Below are positions 35,928 through 54,196 of a DNA stretch of 64,000 nucleotides, one piece after another. A program made the translations under genes and the position numbers. Source of the stretch: an uncultured delta proteobacterium (GTDB taxonomy: Bacteria > Myxococcota > Myxococcia > Myxococcales > Anaeromyxobacteraceae); the NCBI GenBank assembly GCA_963766715.1, contig CAVYBH010000012.1, positions 320,001-384,000 of the forward strand. The letters are read 5' to 3'. Below the pieces are notes generated by a model, which worked only from the letters and a program-made list of their open reading frames with translations, was not told the origin of the DNA and did no database searches. How positions within the stretch are numbered: the first letter of the stretch is position 1; every line of letters starts with the position of its first letter.

Positions 35928-36009
35928 GGCGCACGAGTATACCCATCCAGGCAGAGCCAGGGGCCGCGTTCCCGCGACAGAATGAGGGGCCCACTCCCGA
36001 GGTGAAACG

Positions 36010-38170
36010 ATGGCCCAGTCCCCGACGACGTCTCCCCACCGCTGGCGCTTCCACCGGCTCGGCGGCCTCGACCAGGTCCAGCTCGACCGGGCGGAGGATC
36101 TGCGGAACCTCGATCGGCTGGACCAGAAGCTCTGGGTGGCGCTCGCCTGCCCCACGAAGGGGCTCGAGATCGACCCGGCCACGCTCGCGCTGCTCGACGC
36201 GGACCACGACGGGCGCGTGCGGGCCCCCGAGGTCATCGCCGCGGTGAAGTTCGCGGACCTCCGGCTCAAGGACCTCGCCGACGTGGTGAAGCGGAAGCAG
36301 ACCCTCCCGCTCTCCGACATCCGCGAGGACACCGCGGAGGGACGGGCGCTCCTGGGAGCGGCCCGCCAGAATCCTGACGGCGGGGGGAAAGCCCGACGCG
36401 AGCGAGGTCACCTTCGACGACGTGGCCGACCTGTCCCAGGTCTTCGCGAAGAGCCTGTTCAACGGGGACGGCGTGGTGATCCCCGAGTCGGCGCCGGAGG
36501 GCGACGTCCGGCAGGTGATCGTCGACGCCATGGCCTGCGAGGGAGAGGTCGTCGATCGGAGCGGCAAGCCCGGTCTCGATCGCGCCCGGCTCGAGACCTT
36601 CTACTCGGACCTCGGCGAGTTCGACGCCTGGTGGAAGGAGGGGCGAGGTCCACAGGTCCAGGTCCTGGGCGACGCCACCGGTGCGGCCTGGGAGGCCGTG
36701 AAGGCCGTCCGCGCCAAGGCGGACGACTACTTCACGCGGACCGGTCTCGCCGCGCTCGACGACCGCATGCCCCCGCTGCTGGCGCGGCCCGAGGCGGAGA
36801 TCGCCGCCATGGCCGGCAAGGACCTGGCGCCGGGCAGCGCCGAGGTCTCCTCGCTGCCCATGGCCCGGATCGGGGCCGGACGGCCCTTGCCCCTCGCCGA
36901 CGGGCTCAACCCGGCCTGGGCGGGCGCCGTGGCCACCCTGCAGAAGGATGCCGTCACGCCGCTCCTCGGCGCCGGGCGCACGAGCCTCACCGCAGCCGAC
37001 TGGGAGTCGCTGAAGGCGAAGCTCGTGCCCTACGAGGCCTGGATGGCGGCGCGGAAGGGCGAGCGGGTCGCGCCGCTCGGCGCGGCGCGCGTGCTCGCGC
37101 TCCTCTCCGGAACCGGCAAGGCCGACGTCGAGGCGCTCATCGCCCGGGACGAGGCGCGCAAGGACGAGGCCGAGGAGGTCGTCGGCGTCGCCCGGATGGT
37201 CCGGTACCGGCGAGACCTGCTCCTCCTGCTGAGGAACTTCGTCAACTTCGCCGACTTCTACGACCCGCGGACGCCGGCCGTCTTCCAGGCCGGCACCCTC
37301 TACCTGGACGGGCGAGCCTGCCACCTCTGCGTGAAGGTCGACGACCCGGCCGCCCACGCCGCCATCGCCACGCCGAGCCGCATGTTCATCGCCTATTGCG
37401 ACTGCCGGAGGCCCGGCGGAGAGGCCATGAAGATCGCCGTGTGCATCACCCAGGGAGACGCCGACTTCCTGTCGGTGGGGCGCAACGGGCTCTTCTACGA
37501 CCGGAGCGGCAAGGACTGGGACGCGACGGTGAGCAAGATCGTCGACAATCCGATCAGCCTTCGCCAGGCCTTCTGGTCGCCCTACAAGCGGCTGGCCAAG
37601 TTCGTCGGTGACCAGGCCGCCAAGATGGCCGCGGCCAAGGACAAGGAGGCCGAGACCAAGCTCGCCTCCGCCGCCGAGAAGACGGCCGGCGCGGCCACCG
37701 GCGCGAAGCCGGCCAGGCCCGAGCCGGTCGACGTGGGCAAGATGGTCGGGATCATCGCCGCCCTGGGCGTCGGCGTCGGGGCCATCGGGACCATCTTCGG
37801 CGCGGCGGTCTCCGGGTTCATCGGCCTGCAGCCCTGGTGGGCGAAGGTCCTCGCGCTCGTGGGCATGGTGCTCGTCATCTCCGGACCCGCGGTGCTGCTC
37901 GCCTGGCTGAAGCTGCGGCAGCGGACCGTCGGGCCGGTCCTCGACGGCAACGGGTGGGCGGTGAACGGGCGGGTCGCGGTGAACATGCCGCTGGGGAGCG
38001 TCCTCACCGACCGGGCCACGCTCCCGGCCGGTGCTTCCCGCTCGCTCCAGGATCCCTACGTCGACGCCGGAGCCCGGCGCCGTCGCATGCTCCTCTGGCT
38101 GCTCGCCGTGGTGGCCATCGCCGCCCTCGGCTTCGCGCGATACCAGCACCTCTGGCCCTTCCGGAAGTAG
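36010..38170 (+). CDS. Large conserved hypothetical membrane protein with EF-hand-like loop; frameshift ~36370
   Basis: HRWRF.RLGG.DQV, LDQKLWVALACP, DADHDGRVRAPE, GRNGLFYDR.G.DWDA, NPISLRQAFWSPY; three C-terminal TM segments. Confidence 0.75.
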
Positions 38171-38185
38171 GGGCCGGAGGCCCCG

Positions 38186-38680
38186 TCACTGGGGGAGGAC
38201 GCGCTCCTTCACGACCGAGCCGGTGGCCGGGTCGGTTCCCTCGATGTCCGCCCAGGCCACGCTGGGGATCAGGCCGCCCCCGCTCTCGGCCTGGACGAAG
38301 ATCCGCCGGAGCAGCGCCGGCCGGCCGGCGATGGTCACCAGGGCCGCGGGGCAACCTCCGCGCATGGTCAGCCGGACCGGACGGTCCTTCTTCGCCTTGA
38401 GCACGACCGTGAATCCCTCGCCGGACTCGGCGGGGTCGACGCTGAAGCCGTAGGCCATGAGCTTCTCGATGAAGTTGAGCCCTTCCCGGTGGCCGTCCTC
38501 GGCGAGCATGTGCCACTCGGCCTCGATCGGGTCGTCCGGATCGAGCGCGCCGTCGGGGACGGTCCGCGCCGCGTAGACCACCTCGTTGGCGTTGGTGCTC
38601 CGGCCGATCCGGAAGAGCTCCGGGGCGCAGGCGCTGGGCGCCGCGGAGAGGACCATCGCCAGGTAGAGAGAACCGACCAT
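38186..38680 (-). CDS. DUF4833-like secreted protein
   Basis: LFRIGRSTNANEVVY, P..AEW.M.AEDG.REGLNFIE..AYG, G.DP.TG.VVKE; SD AAGGAG. Confidence 0.7.
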   Translation of the reverse strand: MVGSLYLAMVLSAAPSACAPELFRIGRSTNANEVVYAARTVPDGALDPDDPIEAEWHMLAEDGHREGLNFIEKLMAYGFSVDPAESGEGFTVVLKAKKDRPVRLTMRGGCPAALVTIAGRPALLRRIFVQAESGGGLIPSVAWADIEGTDPATGSVVKERVLPQ

Positions 38681-38718
38681 CGACTCCTTCCAGTCCGGCG
38701 CAGGCCGGCCCCTCCGTG

Positions 38719-39525
38719 CTAGCCGACGCGGGGGATCGGCGCAATGGCCGGGTGGGGCATCGGGCTGCCTCGTCCCCGGCCCACCGAGAAGGAGCGCCGC
38801 AGCGCCTCGGTCAGGTAGGACTTGGCTCCGCGGACGGCCTCCGCCACGCCGTCTCCCAGGGCGAGCCGGGAGGCGATCGCTGCGGACAGGGTGCAGCCCG
38901 TCCCGTGCGTGTTCTCCGTGTCCACGCGGGGGGCCGAGAGATCCAGGACGCTCTCGCCGTCGAAGAGCACGTCGAGCGCATCCCGGGACCCCGCGATCCC
39001 GCCCCCCTTCACGACCACGGCCCCGGGCCCCAGCGCGTGGAGATCCCGGGCGGCGCGGCGCATCCCGTCCAGGTCCCGCACCGGGTATCCCAGCAGGGCC
39101 TCCGCCTCCCGGACGTTGGGCGTGAGGACCGTGGCCAGCGGGAAGAGGAGCTCCACGTAGGCCCGCTCGGCCGAGGGGTCGAGCAGGCGGTCTCCGCTGC
39201 GCGCCACCATGACCGGGTCGACGACCAGCGGTCCGATGGCGTGCCGCCGAACGGCGTCCGCCACGGCCGAGATGATCGCGACCGTGGCGAGCATCCCGGT
39301 CTTGGCGGCCGCCACCGTCATGTCGGACGCCACCGCGTCGATCTGGGCCGTGACGAGGGACGGGTCGACCGCCGACCAGGCGACGACGCCGCGCGTGTTC
39401 TGCGCGGTGATGGCCGTGATGGCGGACGTCCCGTGCAGCCCGTGGGCGGCGAAGGTGTGGAGGTCGGCCTGGACGCCGGCGCCGCCGCCGGAGTCGGACC
39501 CCGCGATGGTGAGAACGACCTTCAT
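38719..39525 (-). CDS. thiD: Hydroxymethylpyrimidine/phosphomethylpyrimidine kinase
   Basis: [46 protein letters not shown]. Confidence 0.95.
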   Translation of the reverse strand: MKVVLTIAGSDSGGGAGVQADLHTFAAHGLHGTSAITAITAQNTRGVVAWSAVDPSLVTAQIDAVASDMTVAAAKTGMLATVAIISAVADAVRRHAIGPLVVDPVMVARSGDRLLDPSAERAYVELLFPLATVLTPNVREAEALLGYPVRDLDGMRRAARDLHALGPGAVVVKGGGIAGSRDALDVLFDGESVLDLSAPRVDTENTHGTGCTLSAAIASRLALGDGVAEAVRGAKSYLTEALRRSFSVGRGRGSPMPHPAIAPIPRVG

Positions 39526-39736
39526 CAGGCGGAGGTACGGCGTTTCCGGCTGGCGCGCAAGGGCCCCGGCGCCGGGTCGTCATGCCCTCAGCCCGGGTGG
39601 CGCGAGCCCCGGTGTGGGTCTGGCCCCGGGCGCCCATGCAGGGGAACGCGTCGTGGTCCTCAGGCCAAGCATGGGGAAACAGGACGGAAAGGACGTCCAC
39701 CCCTTGTCGTGGACCGCGGCCACCCGAGGCGCCGAA

Positions 39737-39752
39737 TGGCACGTTCGGTGCT
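39737..39752 (+). promoter_or_regulatory. Sigma54 (-24/-12) promoter
   Basis: TGGCAC-GTTCG-GTGCT: exact GG-N10-GC spacing, one mismatch from TGGCAC-N5-TTGCW. Confidence 0.6.
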
Positions 39753-39765
39753 GATGAAGAAGTCA

Positions 39766-41852
39766 GTGCCATCCCTGGCTCAAGTCGACCGTGCGCGACG
39801 GGCGCGCAACACCCGGGCAGTCGCCCTCGTGGCCGTGGTGGGCTCGCTCGCCGCGGCGCCGGTCGGGCTTGGCCCTGGGGCTCCCTCCGCTGGTCGCGGC
39901 GAGCTTCGTCGCGCTGGCCCTCGTGGCGGCGGGCGTGGCCTGGCTGGCGCCGAGCATGGCGAGCGATTGGCTGCCCTGGATCCTCCTCGCCGCCACCCTC
40001 GCCACGGCGCTCTTCGTGGCGTTCCCCGACCGGCAGTTGCGGGCGGCGCAGCTCACGCTCCTGGCCGGGATCGCGGTGGCCGGGGTCCTCCTCCCGGCGG
40101 TCCAGGTGCTGGTCTTCGCCGCCCTCGCCATCGCCGTCGAGGCGGCACTCCTCCTCGCGGCGGGGGGAACCGTCAGCGGGTCCCCGAGCTCGATCGCCCT
40201 GACGGTCGCCGGGCTCGGACTCTCCGTCGCCGTCGCGATCGCCGCGGCCCTCGGCGCCAGGGGTACGCGACTGGCGCTCGGCGACCAGCTGGGCAGCGAC
40301 GTGCGGGCGCGGGAGGCGGAGGTCCGGAGCGAGGAGAACGCGGCCGCCTTTCGCCTGCTCGCCACCTGCTCCTCCGACCTGGTCTTCCTCGTCGGCCTGG
40401 ACGGACGGGTGCTCTACGCGAGCCCGTCGGTCGAGCGGCTCTTCGGGGCCAGCCTCCCCGCCATCCAGGGCAGGTCGTTCACCGACCGGATCCTGGAGGC
40501 CGACCGGGCGCTCGCGCTGCAGATGGCGGAGCGGGCGATGGGCGGGGGAGCCGCGCGAGGGACGCTGCGCCTCGTGCTCCTGGACGGCAAGGTGCGGGCC
40601 TACGACGCCGCCTTCGACGCGTCCACGTCGGGCGACGTCCGGGTCGTGGCCATCGCCGCGCGGGACGTCACCGAGCAGCTGCGCCTCGCCGAGCAGCTGC
40701 AGCAGTCGCAGAAGCTGGAGGCGGTGGGGCGGCTGGCGAGGGGTGTGGCCCACGACTTCGCGAACCTCCTCACGGTGGTCCAGTCCGGCACGACGCTGGC
40801 TCGCGAGTCGCTTCCTCCCGGTCACGCCGCGCACGCGGACCTGGCCGACGTGTCCGCGGCCGCCGATCGCGGGGTCGCGCTGGCGCGGCAGCTTCTCGCC
40901 TTCACCCGACCGGAGGGCCAGGGCCCCCAGCGGGCGGAGGTCGGGTTGGTCCTGGGACAGCTGGCTCGATTCATCCCCCGGCTCATGGGCGCCGGCATCC
41001 GGGTTCGCATCTCCGAGGAGGTGAAGGTCGGGGAGGTGCCCGTCTCCGCCACCCAGCTCGAGCAGATCATCCTGAACCTCGCCATCAACGCGCGCGACGC
41101 CATGCCCAGGGGCGGCTGGATCCGGATCGAGGCGAGGCGCCGCGAGCTGCGCGAGGGAGAGGCACGCGCGCTCGCCCCCGGCCCGCACGTGGAGATCGTG
41201 GTCCGCGACGAGGGCTGCGGGATGAGCGAGGAGGTGCGGAGCCACCTCTTCGAGCCCTACTTCACCACCAAGGGACCCGGGCGCGGCTCCGGGCTCGGGC
41301 TCGCTACCTGTCTCGGCATCGTGGAGCGGGGCGGGGGCACGATCGAGGTGGAGTCGGAAGCCGGCAAGGGAAGCACCTTCCGCGTGCTGCTGCCGGTCGC
41401 CTCGTCTCTCGAGGTGGCCGCCCCGGCTCCGGCCACGGCGCTCTCCGCGGCGCGGCGCTCCCGGATCCTGATCGTGGACCACGACCCGGCGCTCGTGGCC
41501 CTCCTCTCCCGACTCCTGGCGGCGCCGCCAGCACGAGGTCTCCACCGCCGCATCGGCCATGGAGGCGCGCCAGCAGGCCGCCTCGTTCCCGGGCGCGGTC
41601 GACGTGGTGGTCACGGGACTCGACCTGGGAGAGGACCACGGCGTGGCCATCATGGGCGAGGTCCGGAGGACGAGCCCCCAGGCGCGCGCGGTGCTCGTGA
41701 CCGGCGAGGTGCGGGACCCGGCCGACGTCGAGCACCTCCTCGAGGCCGGCGTGGAACTGGTCCGGAAGCCGGTCACCGCGGAGGCCCTCGCCGAGGTGGT
41801 GGAGCGGGTGGCGAGCCGGGCGCCGGTCCCGCACGCGCAGGCACTGGCCTAG
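39766..41852 (+). CDS. Multi-TM hybrid sensor histidine kinase (TM, PAS, HisKA, HATPase, REC); frameshifts ~39865 and ~41520
   Basis: QSQKLEAVGRLARGVAHDFANLL, NLAINARDAM, DEGCGM, FTTK..GSGLGL, REC with KP; start GTG 39766 or ATG 39754. Confidence 0.85.
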
Positions 41853-42900
41853 AGCGGGGCGGGCTCCTGCTGCGTCATGCAGTGGAGCGTCCCGAGCCCC
41901 CAGACCAGGTCGAGCGCGTGGATCGCCCACGACGGGCCGGTCGGCGGAAGAGCTCGCCCAGGATCCCCAGCGCGTACCGGTCGGCCCGGTCGTTGAACGT
42001 CGGCACCAGGACCGCCGCGTTTCCCACGTAGAAGTTGGCGTAGCTGGCCGGGAGCCGCTGCCCGTCGAAGACGACCGGGCTCGGCATGGGCAGGTCGATC
42101 ACCTCGGGGCGCGACCCGTCGGCCAGGCGCGCCGAGGCGAGCCGCTCGCGGTTCTCGGAGAGCGCGGCGTGGTTCGGATCCCGCGGGTCGTCCTCCCGGG
42201 CGAGGACGATGGTCGTCGGCGACACGAACCGGGCCAGGTCGTCCACGTGGCCGTGGGTGTCGTCCCCGGCGATGCCCTTGCCGAGCCAGATGGTGTTGGG
42301 CGCGCCCAGCACCTCCGCGAAGGTCGCCTCGTAGTCCGCCCGGCCGAATCCCGGGTTCCGGACCTGCACGGCGGGGTCGAGGAGGCACTCCTCGGTGGCC
42401 AGGATGGAGCCGGCGCCGTTCACGTCGATGGCGCCGCCCTCGAGGACCACGTCGCGCCCCGCCCGCCGCACCGGCAGGAGCGGAACGCCCAGCGCCTTCG
42501 CGGCCCGTCCCGGGATGCGGGCGTCCCGCTTCCAGTCCGGATACTTGCTCCACGCGTCGAAGCGGAAGCCGGCCACCGCGCGTCCGCGCCGGCCCCCGGA
42601 CTTCCGGAGCACGATGGGGCCGCTGTCCCGGGTCCAGATCCGGTCGGTGGGGATGCGACGGAAGTCGACGCGGGCCAGGTCGGCGCCGTGCCGCTCCAGG
42701 ATGCGCCGCGCCCGGGCCTCGTGCGCGGCGTCGTTCACCAGCACCCGGACAATCTCGCCCTCGGCCAGCTTCTTCGCGATGTCGGCGTGGACCCAGGGGA
42801 TCGGGCCGAAGCGCCCGGGCCAGTCGCGCGCGTTGTGGGGCCAGGCGATCCACGTCGCCTCGTGCGGCTCCCACTCGGCGGGCATCGCGTATCCGGACAT
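41849..42900 (-). CDS. aguA: Agmatine deiminase family protein; frameshift ~41935
   Basis: MPAEWEPH, WTRDSGP, EGGAID.NG, DTHGHVD, ASYANF, GLGTLHCMTQQ (catalytic Cys). Confidence 0.92.
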
Positions 42901-42907
42901 GGCCACC

Positions 42908-43795
42908 TCAGTCGATGAAGCGCTTCTCGATGCCCTGGTAGGCGTCGATGCGCCGGTCGCGCAGGAACGGCCAGTTGCGCCGGACCTCCTCGATCCGCGC
43001 CAGGTCGACCTCGCCGACCAGGATCTCCTCCTGGTCGGTCGAGCCCTCGAGGAGCACCTGCCCGAAGGGATCGCACAGGAAGCTCGAGCCCCAGAACTCG
43101 AGGCCGGCCTGGCCGGCGGCGCCGGGCTCGAAGCCGACCCGGTTCACCGATCCCACGTAGACGCCGTTCGCGATGGCGTGGGCGCGCTGGACGGTTCGCC
43201 AGGCGTCCCGCTGGGCGGCGCCGAAGCGGGCCTTCTCGGCCGGGTGCCACCCGATGGCGGTCGGGTAGAAGAGGATCGCGGCGCCCTGGAGCGCGGTGAG
43301 CCTGGCGGCCTCCGGGTACCACTGGTCCCAGCAGATGAGGGCGCCCACCCGGCCGGGGGCGAGGTCGAAGGCCCGGAAGCCCAGGTCACCGGGAGTGAAG
43401 TAGAACTTCTCGTAGAAGGCCGGGTCGTCGGGGATGTGCATCTTGCGGTAGGTGCCCCGCAGGGTCCCGTCGGCGTCCACGAGCAGCGCGCTGTTGTGGT
43501 AGAGCCCCGGCGCGCGGCGCTCGAAGATGGGCACGACGACGGCCACGCCCGCCTTCCGCGCCACCTCCTGGAAGCGCCGGCTGCTCGGGCCGGGCACGTC
43601 CTCGGCGAGATCGAAGAAGGCGTGGTCCTCCCGCTGGCAGAAGTACGGGGAGCGGTAGAGCTCCGGGAGGCAGACCACCTCGGCGCCCCGGCGGGCCGCC
43701 TCCTCGACGCGGGCGGCGGCCTTCTCCTCGTTCTCGATCGGGTCGGCGGACATCGCCATCTGCACGAGCCCGACCCGGAAGGTTGGCTTCGACAT
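42908..43795 (-). CDS. aguB: N-carbamoylputrescine amidase-like carbon-nitrogen hydrolase
   Basis: E-K-C triad (LPELY, RKMHIPDDP.FYEKFYF, ICWDQWYPE); coupled to aguA. Confidence 0.9.
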   Translation of the reverse strand: MSKPTFRVGLVQMAMSADPIENEEKAAARVEEAARRGAEVVCLPELYRSPYFCQREDHAFFDLAEDVPGPSSRRFQEVARKAGVAVVVPIFERRAPGLYHNSALLVDADGTLRGTYRKMHIPDDPAFYEKFYFTPGDLGFRAFDLAPGRVGALICWDQWYPEAARLTALQGAAILFYPTAIGWHPAEKARFGAAQRDAWRTVQRAHAIANGVYVGSVNRVGFEPGAAGQAGLEFWGSSFLCDPFGQVLLEGSTDQEEILVGEVDLARIEEVRRNWPFLRDRRIDAYQGIEKRFID

Positions 43796-43839
43796 GGTGC
43801 GAGAAGATACGCGTCCCGCGTCCCGGGCGCACCCGGAAC

Positions 43840-44325
43840 CTAGGAACCCCCGAGGGGCGCGTCGTCCTCCTCCTCCCGGCGGCGCCGCGCCCTGCGGATC
43901 GCCCCGGGAAGCCAGGCCTCCAGGCTCCCCACCGCGAGGGTCACCTCCCGCAGGAAGAAGCCGAGCGCGAAGGTGAGCGCCGCCATCGCGGCCACGAACA
44001 GGCCGGCCACGGCCATCGAGAAGTTCACCTTCAGGAGGAACCCGACGAAGGCGATGCCGATGACGAGCGTGACGAAGAGGGCCGCGAAGGTGCCCATGGT
44101 GATGGCCCAGCGCACGAGCTCGCCCCGCCGCCGGAGGATCTCCAGCTCGGCCGGGCTCTCGCCCCCCGTCTCCACCCGCTTCTCGAGGTTGCGCGTCCGG
44201 TCGACGATGCGGGCCAGGCGGGTGGCGAAGACGTTGAGGAGGGAGGCGACGCCGGTGAGCAGGAAGGCCGGGGCCAGCGCGAGCTGGATGACCCGGGCGA
44301 TGTCGTGGATGTGCGACTCTTCCAT
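43840..44325 (-). CDS. DUF2721 family membrane protein
   Basis: IQLALAPAFLLTGV..LLNV...RLARIVDR.R, FLREV. Confidence 0.85.
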   Translation of the reverse strand: MEESHIHDIARVIQLALAPAFLLTGVASLLNVFATRLARIVDRTRNLEKRVETGGESPAELEILRRRGELVRWAITMGTFAALFVTLVIGIAFVGFLLKVNFSMAVAGLFVAAMAALTFALGFFLREVTLAVGSLEAWLPGAIRRARRRREEEDDAPLGGS

Positions 44326-44334
44326 GGGACGGCC

Positions 44335-45238
44335 TCAGCGCTCGAAGACGAGGGGGAGGGTGACGCGCGACGGGGCCCGGCGCCGGGGGAATCGCCAGGC
44401 CGAGACGTGGGCGCGGGCGGCCGCGACGAGGCGGCGCCGCTCCGGCTCCGCCGAGGCCGGGACGCGGGTGGTGTCGGAGAGCACGCGCAGGTCGCGCAGC
44501 GCCCCGGCCGGCGTGACCCGGAAGCCGAGCGAGAGCAGCCCGGCCACGGGGAGCCCCCGGACCAGCGGGCGCGATGGCGTCGGAGAGGGCGTCGATCCGC
44601 GGGGTGAGCTCCGAGGCCTCGAGGGCCCCCTCGACGAAGGGCCGGGGCGAGACGAACCAGCCGTGCACCACCACGCGCCCCTGGCGCGGATCGAGCGTTC
44701 CGCGGACCGTTCGCACGCCGTGGGGGAGGCGGGGGTCGAAGACCGTGAGGCGATCGAAGCGGGGCTCGACCACGTCGAAGAGCTCGGCCCGCTCGACGGA
44801 GCGGGTGGATCGGAACCCGTCCCAGTGGTCGAGCACGCCGTCCCGCAGGATCTCGGTCTCGCCACCGCGGAAGGGGCGGCCGCGCCAGCGGGTGAGGGAG
44901 TAGACGAACGCCCACGGGCCGTGGGGGAGGTCGCCGTGCAGCTCCTGGCCGCAGCCGTCGACGTAGCAGGAGAGCCAGGGGGGCGACACGTCGTGGCAGC
45001 CGAGCGTCCTCCGGCCCCACCAGACCAGGCGCTGGTGGAAGCGCTCGTAGAGGCCGCGCGGGAAGTAGGTCCAGGCCGGCGTGCGGAGCGCCGTGTACTG
45101 CCCGGGGACGTGCCAGAAGTCCCAGACGAAGCGCCCGGCGGAGGCCTTGCGCGGGTCCTGGAAGCGGGCGTCGAGGTGGGCGCGCAGGGCGCGTCCCTCG
45201 GGGGCGAAGCGATCGAGGATGGCGAGGCGGCGAACCAA
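44335..45238 (-). CDS. Putative 2OG-Fe(II) oxygenase; frameshift ~44570
   Basis: HGD (HxD), [21 protein letters not shown] (distal His), R.V.HGWF; TTG start 8 nt after TGCTAGGCT extended -10. Confidence 0.7.
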
Positions 45239-45299
45239 GCGCGAGGAGCCTAGCACGATGGTTGACTTCCACCCGCTCCCGGATAATCCCTTTGGGACC

Positions 45300-52804
<7,505 letters not shown>

Positions 52805-52842
52805 GGCAGGGACACTCTACGATCGACACGGGCCTCCCACAC

Positions 52843-53599
52843 ATGGTTCATTCGGCCCCGTGGCCCCCCCCGGATCTCCGAGCCCTTCGAGGCACACAGC
52901 TACGCGGTGGACGCCTTCGGGCTGCTCTCCGCCCCGGCCCTGTCGGGGTGGCTCCAGGAGGCGGCGGGGCGCCACGCCGAGCTGCTCGGCGTGGGGGTGG
53001 AAGCCCTTCAGGAGAGGGGACTCACCTGGGTGCTCGCCCGCCAGGCCGTCGAGGTGGATCGGCCGGTCCTCCTGGGTGAGCGGGCCGAGGTCGCGACCTG
53101 GCCCAGCGGCGCCGACCGGCTGAGCGCCCTCCGGGACTTCGAGGTGCGGGTCGCCGGCGAGGTCCGGGTCCGGGCCGTCACGCAGTGGATCGTGCTCGAC
53201 CTCGCCACCCGCAAGCCGGTTCGTCCCGGGTCCGTGCTTCCGATCGACCTGATCGAGGAGACGCCCCACGTGCTCCCGCTCCCGGCCGGCCGGCCGCCCC
53301 CGCCGGAGCCGGCCGCGATCGACCGGGTCTTCTCCACGCGCTACCGGGACATCGACCGCAACCTCCACGTCACCAACGCCAGCTACGTCGAGTGGGCCTG
53401 CGAGGCCTTGCCGGAGGCGACCTGGCGCACCGCGCGCCTCCGTTCCTTCGAGGCCTACTTCATCGCCGAGTGCCTCCACGGGAGCGAGGTCCGATCCCTC
53501 TCGGCGCCGGCCGGCCCCGGGACCCACGTCCACTCGGTGAGGCGCGAGGGGGACGGGAAGGAGCTGGCCCGGCTGCGCACCACCTGGGTGGATCGCTAG
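52843..53599 (+). CDS. Acyl-ACP thioesterase (FatA/B-like double hot-dog); frameshift in C-run ~52865
   Basis: LQEAAGRHA..LG, WVL.R, TWP, RDF, W...D..TRKP, RYRDIDRNLHVTNASYVEW..E. Confidence 0.9.
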
Positions 53600-54081
53600 C
53601 GTTCGCCGGGAGTCCGGACCAGGGCGCGGACCGCCGACGGCAGGTCCGGCCGGAGCCGGAGCAGGTCCTCCGTCCGCGCCATCTCGAAGTCGTCGAAGTC
53701 GAAGCCGGGCGCGACCGTGCAGCCAGCCAGCGCGAAGCGGGTGCCGAGGACCCGGGCCCCCTGCCACCAACCGGCCGGGACGACCACGTGCGGAAGGCCG
53801 CCCGGGCCGATGCGGTGCACCTCGTGGGCGCCGCCCGGGTCCAGGAGGTGGAGCTCCAGCGGGTCGCCGCCGGCGTGCTGCCAGACCTCGTCGGAATGCA
53901 CGCGGTGCATGGCCGAGAAGGTTCCCGCCGGGAGCAGGTAGTGGATGAGGGTCATCGCGGACCGGTCGCCACGGGGGGTGGCGACCCGGGCCGGGGAGCG
54001 CCAGGTCTCCCGGTAGAACCCGCCCTCGGGGTGCGGCGAGAGCGCGAGACGCTCCGTCAGTGATCGAGCCTCAGGGTGCAT
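53596..54081 (-). CDS. Cupin domain protein (DUF985/cupin_5)
   Basis: L.PHPEGGFYRETWRS, HRV.SDEVW, VPAGWWQGA, CTVAPGFDF.DFE. Confidence 0.9.
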   Translation of the reverse strand: MHPEARSLTERLALSPHPEGGFYRETWRSPARVATPRGDRSAMTLIHYLLPAGTFSAMHRVHSDEVWQHAGGDPLELHLLDPGGAHEVHRIGPGGLPHVVVPAGWWQGARVLGTRFALAGCTVAPGFDFDDFEMARTEDLLRLRPDLPSAVRALVRTPGER

Positions 54082-54117
54082 GTCGGTCAAGCCTCGCCTG
54101 TCACCGGTCCGCCCCCC

Positions 54118-54146
54118 TTGCACCGGGGCGCGACCTCGCTCATTCT
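54118..54146 (+). promoter_or_regulatory. Sigma70-like promoter for pgi
   Basis: TTGCAC-17 nt-CATTCT, ~50 nt before ATG 54197. Confidence 0.4.
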
Positions 54147-54196
54147 CCACGAATCCGGACGCAGGAACACTCCCGGGAAGGCAGGGAAGGCGGGCG

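Noticed and set aside
39526..39700. TPP riboswitch upstream of thiD
   Set aside because: Only a GCTGAG fragment is present on the minus strand; the ACCTGATC..TAATxC..GCGxAGG core is absent, and thiD looks leaderless
41601..41630. Receiver domain lacking the phospho-Asp (VVVTGLD)
   Set aside because: ACG GGA CTC differs from ACG GAC CTC (T-D-L) by a compensating +G/-C pair, plausible at this error rate; it cannot be called a pseudo-receiver
41849..43795. aguA/aguB pair as a novel system
   Set aside because: Standard agmatine deiminase and N-carbamoylputrescine amidase pairing
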